Below are positions 50,646 to 63,931 of a stretch of DNA of 64,000 bases, piece after piece. The notes beneath the pieces are model-generated. The model saw only the letters and a program-made list of their open reading frames with translations. It did not search any database and had not been told where the DNA came from. Each line of letters starts with the position of its first letter. Position 1 is the stretch's first letter. The translations under genes and the position numbers were made by a program. Source of the DNA: Octopus vulgaris (lineage: Eukaryota); assembly GCA_951406725.2 (NCBI GenBank), contig OX597838.1, forward strand, positions 25,544,001 to 25,608,000, in the 5' to 3' direction.

Positions 50646-51495
50646 TCATACGTGCATATATATATACACATATATTATTATTTAATTGAATGACACACAT
50701 CTATTTCCAAGTAAGTTTACATATACACACACACATTCATAATGAATGCATGCGTATGTGTTTGTGTGTTACTATATGTATGATTGCGTGTGTATCTACA
50801 TATATGTAGATATACATTATAAATATATATATATAATGATAGATGCATATATGTAATGTACATGTAGTGAATGTGTATATAAATCCATATATATGCATAT
50901 ATATATATATATAATGAAATTATGCATACTATATATATATATATATATGTGTGTGTATATGACTATGATGAATGTATACATGTGTCTATGATAAATTTGA
51001 AAGAAGAAAGTGAAGAAAAAATTTTTCAAATAATAATTATAATTTATAAAATTGGATGAAATATTTTATGTGAATAAAAATTAACAAATAAAACATATGA
51101 AATGTGAAGTCTTTGGTTCAGTTTAAACTGGTTTGATCCGATTTGAAATCTATTTTGAATGAACTATTTTTGCTTTACCCATTTGTATTTTAATTCCCTT
51201 GTAAAAAAAAAAAAAGACTGTTAATCATTCCTTTTATGTGTGTGTTTTTAATTATTTCATTTTCTTAATAAAAACAATGCAAGTTTTAAAAACAGTACTT
51301 ATCAATGGATTGTATTGGTACCATGTATTCCAGAATTAGGGCCTCTTCTTCGGGAAATTTTCTCCCTGGAATATTGAAATGCAGGGTATAAAGTACAAAC
51401 TATTGATCTGTATTATTATGACTTATCTTGTTTTAACTTTATGAAACAAAACAAATATATATCAGACATTGCTTCATGTGAACTATTAATGTATA

Positions 51496-51699
51496 CAGTG
51501 TGGGCCAAAAGTCATGCACCAATTCATTTGACATTTTATTTATACAGCATTATCATTAGTTATTCACGTTTGTTCATCATGTACAAGTACATGTGTATTC
51601 ATCATTATTTTATTTGTTTTATTGAATTTTAGAAAATCTGAAGGAAGTTTTTGTTCTAGAGCATATTGAATTTTTGTGCATGACTTTTGGCCCACCCTG
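51496..51699. mobile_element. Tc1/mariner MITE
   Basis: TA-CAGTGTGGGCCAAAAGTCATGCAC...GTGCATGACTTTTGGCCCACCCTG-TA. Confidence 0.85.
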
Positions 51700-51979
51700 T
51701 ATATATAATAAAATCTGTTAGTTGTCTATGAGTCAGGAAAGAAGAACACTATCAAGAAATTTCAAGCAGTCTATTCTGAATTATGGCATATAACCAGTGG
51801 TTTCTCATCTACTATTGCACTTGACAATAGTGAAGAAAATGTGTCCAAAAAGCCTTCTGGCTGGAAGCATGTAGCCTCTTTACTGATGGAGGTAAATATA
51901 CAGTCTAAGTCAGTTTGATGGTGGGAGTCCTAAAAGTGACCAAGACTGTATTTTTACCTCCATTAGTAAGGGCAAATCA

Positions 51980-52274
51980 ACCCCAGGACTTATTCTTTGT
52001 AAACCTAGTACTTATTCTATTGGTCTCTTTTGCCGAACTACTAAGGTACAGACATGTAAACACACCAGCATTGTTTGTCAAGTGATGTTAGGGGGGACAC
52101 ACAAACATATACACACACATGCATATATATATATATATATATACATACACACACACGATGGGCTTCTTTCAGTTTCTGTCTACCAAATCCACTCACAAGG
52201 CTTTAGTCAGTCTGAGGCTATAGTAGAAGACACTTGCCCAAGGTGCCATGCAGTGGGATTGAACCCAGAACCAT
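51980..52274 (-). mobile_element. Family A SINE in reverse orientation
   Basis: Reverse complement of the 22387/28546 sequence (GAAGACACTTGCCCAAGGTGCC...GAACCC). Confidence 0.85.
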
Positions 52275-52578
52275 AATGATTTTGCAAAAAGTACTTGATA
52301 CAGTCTCAATATTTGAAGAAAAATTTTCTTGAAATAAAAAATTATTAAATATATAAAAAACTCTTTAAAAAGAAATATGAAATTAATATTTTGGAAGCAA
52401 GCTGTTGTATTGTCTGTTTATGGGGTAAAACCCTGTAACACTTGTTTGTAAAACCTGATAGCAAAAGCTCTTACACACACAATATGAAAACCTCTTCCTA
52501 ACAGAATATGTCTTTTTTCTTTATTATATAATTAATCATTTTTAGTTAAAAAAACATCTTTATATATTTGTGTATTTA

Positions 52579-52844
52579 TTGGGTTGTCCCATAAATAATG
52601 CGGGTTTTTTTAATACTTTATTTGTTTTTCAAAGTTAAGATAAATAAAATTCTTTTTTACAATGCTCTTCTATCTGGTAGACTTGCAAGTCCCTCTTCCA
52701 AAATACACTTGTCCATGATGAAAAATACTCCTCCAGTACTGTTCTGATCTCATCTACAGAATTTATATTTTTTCCATCCAAATGATTTTGAAGACTACAG
52801 AATAAATGATAATCGGAAGGAGCATTATTTATGAGATGACCCAA
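52579..52844 (-). mobile_element. Internally deleted mariner element
   Basis: TA-TTGGGTTGTCCCATAAATAATGC / GCATTATTTATGAGATGACCCAA-TA TIRs; minus-strand APSDYHLFCSLQNHLDGK matches the mariner (YSPDL)APSDYHLF motif. Confidence 0.88.
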
Positions 52845-52856
52845 TATATGTGTGTG

Positions 52857-52915
<59 letters not shown>

Positions 52916-55900
52916 TATTTATATGTATATGTGTGTGTGTATGTGTATATATATATATATACTGTTGTTAATAATGACATTAACATAACTATTTCATTCC
53001 AGTAGCAAAATCACCCTCAAATTACACCCCATCTTAGAAATAGAAGGATAATATAGTCCTAGATATACTACATCTAAATATAAAAGCAAAAAAAAACAAA
53101 AAAACAGGTTGATCATGGCTGGAACACTTTTGACCATCAATCTACCTGATCAGGGCTGAACTGAGCTAAAAAATAAACTATGATGGAACTTATAGATACT
53201 CAATAAACTATGATGGAACTTATAGATGCTCAATAACAGTCTGGATTGTAGAGAAAAAGAATGCATCATGCTCAGTCTTCCACATGTGGTATTACCCTGT
53301 TAAGCTACGACATATCAAATTATACAGAATGATATATATATATAGGTGGAGTCACGGCTGTATGGTTAAGAAGATCACTTCCCAACCACATGATATCAGG
53401 TTCCGCATGGCACTTTGGACAAGCATCATTTATGATATGTGCATGGATGGGTGGTGTCTGTGTCTCCTTCTCTTGATATGACACAATAGTTGTAAATGAG
53501 CATCACATTCACACAAGCAGTAGCTTTCATGTCCAATCTTCCATGAAAACATGACTGGCCTTTGGGAAATATTATCTTGCATGTATATCATTGAAACATG
53601 TACACATTGTGAATTGCAAAATAGATACAAATATATGTTTGGTTTGAGTCTACAGATGAAGTGGGAAACAAGGTAAAGTTCTTTGTGGTATTTACTATGC
53701 ATAGAATTTGGTAGTATTGATCCATGAGCATTTAAACCAGCCATATCCAATCCAAACATATCTACCTGTTTCATGTTCAAACCAACCAGATTTTGCCTCT
53801 CCCACTGACCCTACAATGTCATTCTAAAAGTTAAACAATCACAGCATTAAAATCTCCAAGCTACAAGTTAATGCATGATTAATTCAAAACAGTGAGAATC
53901 TATAAGCATTACATTTGACAGAGTAATCTGCATGCTAAAGGGTTAAACTGGCTGAAGTGCTTAGTCTACCTACAAAAAACAGGAACAATTCCCATGACAA
54001 GCTTCCACATAGTTTTTATTTGCCAAATTCCACTAAAAATTGCTTTGGTTTCAAGACTATGGTATAAGACTTTCTCAACATTCATCACAAGTGGGATATT
54101 GAACCCCAAACCACATATTTGTAAAGCCAACCCCTTAACTATCTGGCAATGTTCGTAATTCGGACTGAGTTCTAAGATTGAATTTTGTCTGACATTCTTC
54201 TTAAGTTTAATGTGAGGCTGCATGACCCAATGGTTCAAGTGTTGCACTCATGATTGCAAGATTGTAGTTTCAATTCCCAGACTGGGAATTTCCCACTGCT
54301 TCAGTCTGCTCAGCTGTAAATGAGTGACTCTGCAATGGACCGGCACCCAGTTCAGGATGGGGTGTCATCTTGATCACTTATATGCTGTGGAAACCAAATA
54401 ACTGACCCTATGTGTTCCTATGACTTGCGACAGTTCTTGCTTATGTCTAAGGTTAATAAAATAAAATACCAGTAATATTCTAGTGTTTGATATAAAAGAC
54501 CTTACCTCCACCCCCAAAAATTCTGTCTTGAAATTGTTGATGTTGTTTATATTGTTTTTGCTATTATTAATGTTCATTTCTTATCCTTGATATTATCACC
54601 ATTGACTTTTGTTGTTAATGATTAATAAGTCATTTGTCATACTTCACAAAGATATATATGTATAAAATGTGTTTATATATATATATATATATATGTAAAT
54701 GTATGTGTGTGTATATATATATGTAAATGTGTATATATGTATGTGTGTGTATATATATATGTAAATGTGTATATATGTATGTGTGTGTATATATATATGT
54801 AAATGTGTATATATGTAAATGTGTGTATATATATATAGATTTTTTCCTCCATCTCTAATGTCATGGTACTGCCATGATATTGTGACGGATGGTTCAGGTA
54901 CATGGTAACAGTGAACAAGATAACGATGCAACCATAATAACAATGTAACAATCCAGCAATCTCGAGAACCAGCAATCAATATTCCAAACAAACTAACCAT
55001 CCGACACCTTCCAACTTCACTGCAAACTCAACTCAAAGTAACACAGAAACTTCACTCTGACCGCTACTATTTATCATCACTTAATCCAGTCTATTTCTCG
55101 CAAGGGGGTGTTGTGACTCATCACAACATTATATATATATAGATAGATAGATACATACATACACACACACACTATAAATGTTTTACTTTTATTGCAAGTT
55201 TATATAAAAACAATTCAACATTAAATTGAAGAATTAAATTTTTCTTCTGTAGACAATATATTTATTATACTTCTACAAGATGAAGGATGACAGTGACATC
55301 AAAATTTTGACCTGCTAGTCTTCATTAGAAGTTTAAAATTCACTGTCACCCCTCTTATAAAAGCTTGATAAATAAACACACACACACACACACAATTTGT
55401 CAACCAGCTTCACAAGCCATTGGCAGTGGTAGTAGATACTTGCTCAAAGTCCTATGCAATGGGATGGAACTTGAACTTATATGGTCACAAAGCAAACTTC
55501 ATTCTGCTATGTTGTTTATAGTAAGCAGAAGAATCTGGGGAAAAAAAAACAGGTGTTGAACTGTGTCAACAATTTGGGAGATATAAGCTGTTAATTAGTG
55601 AAATAAATTGGTTTGTTGTGAGGGGAAAAGAGGGGGAGAAAGTCTATTGTTTCAGTAGTACTATTTGTTGGAGAGTAATGTTTTCTGATGGTACTGGATA
55701 GCTAGATAGATTGGGAATAGTGAAGAATAAGGGATTGAGAGATCACAAGATAACTGTTGCACAGCTGTTAAAGAAGGGAGATAATAAGAATTGTATCAAA
55801 TTTTGGCACAAAGCCTGTAATTTTAGTAGGAGAGGATTAGTTGATTACATCATCATCATGAACAACCCCAGGACATAACTGTCTCATGTCGTAGGACTGA

Positions 55901-58091
55901 TAGCGTTTAATACCTGGTCTCCATGGGGTATGAGCAACTGAGATGACAAACTTCCTCGTGGACAGGACACCAGTCCACTGCAGGGCTTATTTGCAACTTA
56001 ATGGACTGGAACAAAGTGAAATGAAATGTTTTTGTCAAGAATACAATGCACCACCTGGTCAGGTAATTGAAACCATAACTTTGCAGCTGAGTGCAACACC
56101 CTAGCTACTAGGCCATGCACCCCCCATGATAAGTGATTACAAACTAAAATTTGATTTTAACTTCTGTAAGTGGGAAAAAACTTTAAATAACATCCAGTGG
56201 TGAGCTTTAGCTTGGGATTTTAAGTTTTGGAGAGTATAAAGCTACCCCTTAATCACCCCCATTTCTAGATCCACCTTGGCTATGGGTGGTAGTGTCTGTC
56301 AAAAGCCCCACATGGGTCAAATAGCAGAAAATGGTCCTGTGGCTTTGGTATAAAGGGCTCAGAGTAGGGCTGGTCCCTGGATGTGTTACATAGACCTACT
56401 GGTGTATGGACATGCTTTGAATGTTGTGGTAACCAATCACCTTGCCTAAGCGTTAAATAGACCCCTGTGCCCCAAGGGTAAGCCTGAGTGAGCATGTTAC
56501 TTGCAGAGAAAACTAAATAATCCAGCAGAAGGTGACAGGGAACCACTGCTGTATCTTTCTCGGAAAAAAATAATCTTGAATTTATCTCCTTTACTTGGAG
56601 GTCCTTGAGCACTGACTCCTGTTGGCATGGCACAGAGAGTGAGAGGTGAGATGGGAAGGAAGGCAGAGAGGTGGGGAGAGACAGATGAGGAGGAAGGCAG
56701 AGAGAATGTGAAGATGGGAGAAAAGGAGAGAGAGACATGTATTAACTGTCATTTTTGTCTATCAGTATTGCAGTTCAAATCAAGGGAACTATCTACTCAT
56801 TGTATCAATAGCATAAGTAGCTGAGTATACCACACACATTTATACACTCTTTAACATAATCCTTAAGCAAAATCAGTAGCACAAGGCTGATTCTTTGGTT
56901 CACTGCCACAGCCTGCACACTTTGTTCCATTTACCCAATGTCACATGCAAAGCTATTGAAGAAGACAGGGTACCATACAGTAAGATTGAACCTTTGAACT
57001 AATGACTGCAAAGCAAACACCTTAACCATTTGGCCATATCTACACCTGATAATTTCCAATAACCAAGGCCATTGTCAGCTCAGATGGTCCTCTTAAAATT
57101 AATGAAAATACATGACTTGGCTAGTAGTCTACTTTTGGCCATATCCCTTCATGATTGTTAAGTGTTGCCATTATTCTTCATCCATGGCTGAGAACATAAG
57201 TTTCAGACAAAGTACTGGGGTTGATACATCACTGACAAAAACTCCCTCAGTGATACCTTAGCATGGCTGCCATCCAATTACTGAAACCAATAATGGACTT
57301 ACCACCAGTTGAGAGAGTAGAAGTTTAAAGCTTATTACCTGTGATCAGTTACACCTAGTGCCAAGATTTCATTTAGGCAACTTTTTAGTTTTGTTTTTAA
57401 TTTAGTTTATGAAACAGCAGCATAAGAAGCTTAATTAATGAAGTAGGGAGTGACATTGCTGTACTTAGAGACATCTCTTTTTAAGGGAACAATTCTGCTC
57501 TTTGTCTTTCTGAATCTGACAAAAATTTGCAGCTGGAGTATTGAGGGTGATCTAATTGAAGTAACCTATCTCAAAAATTTGTGCTTCTGGCTTTGTATCC
57601 TGAGTTCAAATTCCACCAGTGACCTGAAGGAACAGCCACATACAAATAGCTATTGGTTGTGACCGGTAGCAATGGAGGAAGTATATTTTTGGTAGGGACG
57701 GTTGAAGAATTTTACAGATGTGAGAAAGCTTAAGAATGGGAATATTAAAAATAACAAGGAAAAATTTACAATCGTTGTAATGTATGTATCAGTGACATAT
57801 ATAATACACACACACATCATAGACATGTATGTGTGTATATATATATATACACACGTATAAGCATATATATTTATACATATACATACACACACAAATATAA
57901 ATGGTTATGTACCTGTATATACCTATCTCTTTATACATATATATACATATATATATATATATCCACGTAAATTATATTTTAATGTTCATCTAATCATCTA
58001 AATGTACTCATAAAACACACATATATACACATGTGTGTCTGTGTGTATGTATGTGTGCATATATGCATATATATATATATATATATATATA

Positions 58092-58954
58092 CAGGTTGTC
58101 CCAAAAGTCACTGATGGGTTTCAACATCTAATAACTTCCTTAATTTTACAAATAAATGCATGAAATGTTGATACAATATAAAAGACATAATGGAAATTAA
58201 TATGCACAAATCAAATTTTGAAACACCACTACATCACATATGAAAAATGACATTGCTTAAATGGCAGCCATTTTCAGCTTCACACACCCTTGCTCTTTTC
58301 AAAACTTGCACCTTCAAGAGTTTCAGACCCTACTTCTCTGATTTCTCTATTGATGTTTTCCTTCAGTTGCACCAGGGTCTCTGGTTTGTTGACACAAACC
58401 CTCTCCTTCAGATATCCCCAGAAGAAAAAAATCCAGGCTAGTCAAGTGTGAGGAAAATGAAGGCCAGTTGACATTGCCATAGTGGGAGATTATTCTCTCT
58501 CCAAAGCACTGCTGTAGCAACTGTATTGTTTCTCTTGTGATATGAACAGTTGCCCTCGTCTTGCTGGAACCATGTGTGAGGTCCACTTTGAGTGGCAAGG
58601 CGCAAAAAGGTCTCAGCCACGGATACCTGAAAGAGAGGGTTTATGTCAACAAACTGGAGACCCTGGTGCAACTGAAGGAGAACATCAATAGAGAAATCAG
58701 AGAAGTAGGATCTGAAACTCTTGAGGGTGTTATGGTGCAAGTTTTGGAAAGAGCACAGGCATACAAAGCCGGAAATGGCTGCCATTTAAGTGATGTCATT
58801 TTTCATATGTGATGTAGGGGTGTTGCAAAATTTAACTTATGCATATTAATTTCCATTATGTTCTTTATATTGTATCAAAATTTCGTGCATTTATTTGTAA
58901 AGTTAAGCAAGTTATTAAAAATTGAAAACCATCAGTGACTTTTGGGACACCCTG
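58092..58954. mobile_element. Tc1/mariner-superfamily derivative built from two inverted 3' ends
   Basis: CAGGTTGTCCCAAAAGTCACTGATGG TIRs extended to ~330-bp arms; transposase remnants WFQQD...FGERIISHYGNVNWP..S.HLTSLDFFL (minus) and GYLKERVYVNKLETLVQLKENI (plus). Confidence 0.9.
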
Positions 58955-59550
58955 CATATAATTGTAGTTACATATCAATGGCCTAATACAACTTTGCAAC
59001 TCACAAGACATTTACTTTATCTGGAGTCCCTCACAACTTTATCCAGATTCTTTGGGGGCATAAACTATAAGGATACAGATGTGTTGACCTCCACATGAAA
59101 TATCCTGTAAGTTGCAAATGCCATGGAGGTGAAACAACTACCCATTGCTATTGAACACATTAATGCTTTATACTTTGCTGACATCTTAGCCTGTACTATT
59201 GTTGTGCATGTGTATATACATATATATATATATATATAATGTATTTGCTTATATATTGTTTATATTTAAATGCATTTATACACACACACACACACATTCT
59301 AATGTTTCTTCATATATATATATATAAATATATATACATATATATATATGTGCACACATAATATATGCATATATATATACACATATATATACACATATAT
59401 ATATATATATACATATATATACACACACACGTGTATATATATAAATATATATTATACATATATACATATGTGTGTGCACATATGTTAAGTTTCATATTCA
59501 GATACGTTCCTGTATGTGTGTAGAGAGAGAGAGAGAAAGAGAGAGGGAGA

Positions 59551-59916
59551 GAGATAATGATGCAAATAAACAAATGAATCTGCTTAGGCTAGATATACAT
59601 ACATATATACATGTAATTACAGAGAAAACAAAGACTGGAAATGTTCAGACAATGAATATTTATGTATAAATATATAAATATTTGTATATTAACAGAGTAA
59701 AGTTACAAAGATACAGAAAACTAAGGGGAGAAGGTATGTTGTTACAGGTCTGACAGCTGTTTCTCCCTTTAATTTTCTGTCTTTGTTATTATATAAATAT
59801 CTATATAATTATACAGGAATATTCATTGTCTGAATAGCTTCAGTCTTTGTTTTCTCTCTATTGTGTTTTTTACATCTAGCCCAAAGGTTTCATTTGTTTA
59901 TTTGCATCATTATCTC
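59551..59916. mobile_element. Foldback element with ~170-bp arms and a partial hammerhead (GAAAC-AGCT-GTC) on the minus strand at the loop
   Basis: GAGATAATGATGCAAATAAACAAATGAA is inverted to TTCATTTGTTTATTTGCATCATTATCTC; the loop contains TGACAGCTGTTTC. Confidence 0.75.
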
Positions 59917-60622
59917 CAAATCTGCTCACCTGGATTTCTCATATACCCATCCTTTACCTCACAGACTTAGTACTCGGTTAAGATTTGAGAGTTAAGTTCA
60001 AATGATTTGAGCGCTATACAGTGTTTTCTATATTGAACATCTCTGGATCTCTCTCTCTCTCTGTATATTTATATATATTTATAAATATATATCATACAAG
60101 CATGGAACACTTACGTCCAGTATATGGATTTTCTTGACGGTGTCAGATATAATTTTTTCTAATTTACAGCTACTGATTGTTAGCTGTCGTACATGTCAAT
60201 TACAGGAAAGGAACATTGTCAGTGCAACTTAACAAAAATTGCCATGTCACCAAACCATTCACCTGTTGAAGGGGTACAACTCTACTTGATTTAATTATGA
60301 GATTTCAGTAAAAACAAAAATTGTTACATGGAGTTAAAATTAAAAATGAAAAAAAAAAAAAACAACACATATATATTGCGGGGTTAAATACTTAGGGGTT
60401 ACACTGATAGTGTTTTTTTTTCCTCTAATAGACATGTATGTCAGCTAATGAACTGTAGTTGTAAATCATGAAAATTATCCAATGCTGCTGGGAAAATCCA
60501 AGAACTAGACATACATGTTCTATGCTTGTGTTACATATTAAATGTCATCCTTTATTCCAATGCTATTCTAAGTTTTGTAAAGTCTATTTCTTTTGTTGTT
60601 ACACATGTGGTTTGTCGGCATG

Positions 60623-60658
<36 letters not shown>

Positions 60659-60988
60659 CATACACACACATTTACATAAAGTTAAATATATGCCCAGTCA
60701 TAGAATGACCAATGGTTTCACATCCGTAAAACATTTAGCTTAATTGATGACTCAGACTCTTATGATTGAGGGCATAGAATCTGACAAGTCGTCTATAAAG
60801 CCAAGAGCTTTATGGGTGCAAAACCATTGGTCATGCTATGACCATATATCTAACTTCATGTAAATACATTACTGCTCTAACTTTTAGAGTGTGCTTCTTT
60901 TTCAGACAAACACACACACACATATATATATTTGTATGTATGGAAAAATGCTCTTTTATACAGGTTTCATTAAAAATACAATTATCCT

Positions 60989-63240
60989 CCAGTTTTATCT
61001 GTTTTTATTACAGATTTTTCATATTTTCATCTTAGTTTATTGCAGTTAGTTCAGAAAAATAAAGCTCCTCAATGCATATTCAATAATTTCAGACATTTAC
61101 AGTTTCATTTGCAAGAATTGAAACAGACATGGTGTCCACATTACTTCTTATAGGCGGGTCAAATTTTTGTAAACTTTTCACCACAAACAAGATCCCTTTA
61201 CTTTCCATGTGCTTATATACAGTTCAGTAAAATAAAAACTACAAAAACAAAACAACTCCCCCCCAGTTCATAATATCCCAAATACCTACACATTCAGTTC
61301 CTATGAAGAATACACACTAGAGAAATATAGTACAAGGTCATCTGAGGAATTCATACAGATTTTAGAAGAAACCAATACGTCAGATACCATCTCCTCTATA
61401 TGTGTAGAAAGCTTGTTCACTAACGTCCTAGTGACAGAAACCATAGAAATAATATTGAAGAATGTATATGAACTCCAAAAAAAATATAATAATTTAGGTA
61501 TTAAAATATACTCAAGATGGGAACAACTGAAGTACCTTTTCACTACCTGTAAACTAATTTAATCAAGCAAACAAATGGACTACCCATAGGTTAGCTTTTA
61601 GGACTTATATTTGTGGCATTCTGCTTATTCACAATAGAGAACAGAATAATAACAAAACATAAGTACATAATATACACAAACTATATATATTTTATTCTTG
61701 TGGTAATGGATACATTATAGGTTACTGAAAGACTAAAAGAAGACTCAGAAAACAACTCTGTATTTAAAATATAACAGCCAGAATGATACAAATAAGACCC
61801 AGTTTTTAGTGAAAAGAGAAACAGATACATTGCTACAGTATACACCAAAGAATCAGACAAATGCATATAGCTGCTTAGAGAAAGCCTACACAACTATAAG
61901 ATGTTAGTAGTAAAATCACTCCTAAAAAGAGCATTTAATTTCTCATTCACAAACAAAACACTAGAGAAAGAAATCCATGGAATAAACAAGCATTAATTAC
62001 AACAATGGATATTTCAGATGATGCAAGAGAAGAATACAGGCACAAATACAACAAACACACAGTGTATGCTGAACAGATGTATACAAATCACACACAAAAT
62101 TTATATGAATCAAATGCATAAGAAATATCAAACAGATAAATACATAATCAAAAACCTTGTAATAATAGAACACAGAATGCATCACACTCAATCATAAATT
62201 AATGATTTACTTCCAGAACACACAAACCAAACTTTTCTTTATCAATAACACACCACAAGCATGTAAGCCTGAGAACAAGCTACTAATGACCAACATAATC
62301 TACAAATTGTAAACCTGGAAGTGGAGAACCTCGGGACTCCAGCTGTTACATTGGACATACTAATATAACACTTTCTCTTAGACCTACCATGCATTTACAA
62401 GGAACAAATCACAACCCACTACGTCACAGACAGCAAAACAAAGTTGGATAAAAAAAAAAAAATCAGAGGAGAATACATGCTTATTGTATGAACTTCCTCA
62501 CAAAACTAGCACTCTGTCGGTTACAATGACAAGGGTTCCAGTTGATCCGATTAACGGAACAGCTTGCTCATGAAATTAACATGTAAATGGCTGAGCTGAG
62601 CACTCCACAAACATATGTGTCCTTAACATAGTTCTCAGGGAGTTTCAGCATGAGAAAGAATGTAACAAAGCTGGCCCTTTTAAATACAGGTACTACTCAT
62701 TTTTGTCAGCTGAGTGGACTGGAGCAATGTGAAAAAAAAGTGTCTTGCTGAAAGACACATGTTGCTGGGAATTGAACTCACAGCTTTATGATTGTGAGCC
62801 AATTATCCTAACCGTTAAGCCATATGCCTCACAAAAATAGAAGATTAATCACAGATACCATGCTCATATCACAACACAATGCCAAAATAAACACAAGCAA
62901 TACACACATCAAAAAAAAAAATGTAACAGGTGCCTACTGACAGGAAAACTTAATGGTAAAAAAAAAATTGAAAGAAATCTACATAAATTTGACCACAACA
63001 AAAATTTACATAAATACTGATGTGGAAGCCTAACTGCCTTAATTAACTTTGGCTGAATCTACAAAAACTCAGCCAGTTTGTAAGAAGCAACACAGACACC
63101 AAATGTATTTCAGTTCTTGGAAATGAGACTGTGAAGATCTGGAAATGTTGAATATGAATTTTGCAGCTTCATTATTCCAAACTAATCACAAGAAACTGAG
63201 AGGAAAATATGAAAAATGTCTTATAAAACAATAAAACTGG
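60989..63240 (+). pseudogene. Decayed Penelope-like retroelement (RT plus GIY-YIG) with an inverted terminal repeat
   Basis: RT motifs VESLFTNVLVTETIEIILKNVY (about 61404) and KQTNGLPIG* (about 61565); endonuclease motifs NIIYK...CYIGHTNITLSLRPTMHLQG (about 62292-62403); 60989-61174 is an inverted copy of 63058-63240. Confidence 0.82.
62507..62830 (-). mobile_element. Family C SINE nested in the Penelope-like element
   Basis: Reverse-complement homologue of 992-1318. Confidence 0.8.
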
Positions 63241-63471
63241 AACACAGTTATGATTTTAATCAAGCCTAAACACACACATTATATATATATATATATATAC
63301 ACACATACATACATACACACAAATGTATATTATTAAATGTTCATGATTTCATATTTAACATTCATGTTTAAATGCTTGTATATATAATATTTAATTCATC
63401 AATGAAATGCTTATTTCTGTGTATATGCAAGTTTTTGTATGTTGCAAATATGTATGTTTGTGTATGTGCAC

Positions 63472-63536
<65 letters not shown>

Positions 63537-63610
63537 GGCATATATATACATATACACATTTATTTATGTATTTTTTCTATATTTTTTTCTTTCTCCTTTC
63601 TCTTTTGCAG

Positions 63611-63691
63611 AAGAAAATCGCTATCCTGGTTTGTCTGATCATTTTGGTTTTAGTTATCATTTCGACAGTGGGCGGAGTTTTTGGTGGTTGA
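63611..63691 (+). CDS. STX1: Syntaxin-1 alternative terminal exon 10b (TM anchor), KKIAILVCLIILVLVIISTVGGVFGG*
   Basis: Pyrimidine tract plus TTGCAG; phase 0; resembles the vertebrate STX1A TM segment (KKIMIIICCVILGIIIASTIGGIFG), including Cys at the C271-equivalent position. Confidence 0.96.
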   Translation, partial: KKIAILVCLIILVLVIISTVGGVFGG

Positions 63692-63845
63692 GGGTTGAAG
63701 GGGTCAGCATTATGTTTTCACCTGAACCTATCAAACCTTCTCCAACCCACTGTCACTTCACTTTTTACTCTCCTTCTTTCTCTCTCTTTCTCACATACAT
63801 TCACACACACATGCATACCTACATACACTGAACACATACGCACAC

Positions 63846-63887
<42 letters not shown>

Positions 63888-63899
63888 TACGTGTGTACG

Positions 63900-63931
<32 letters not shown>

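Noticed and set aside
53175-53237. 30-bp tandem duplication
   Set aside because: Ordinary local slippage duplication with no further structure
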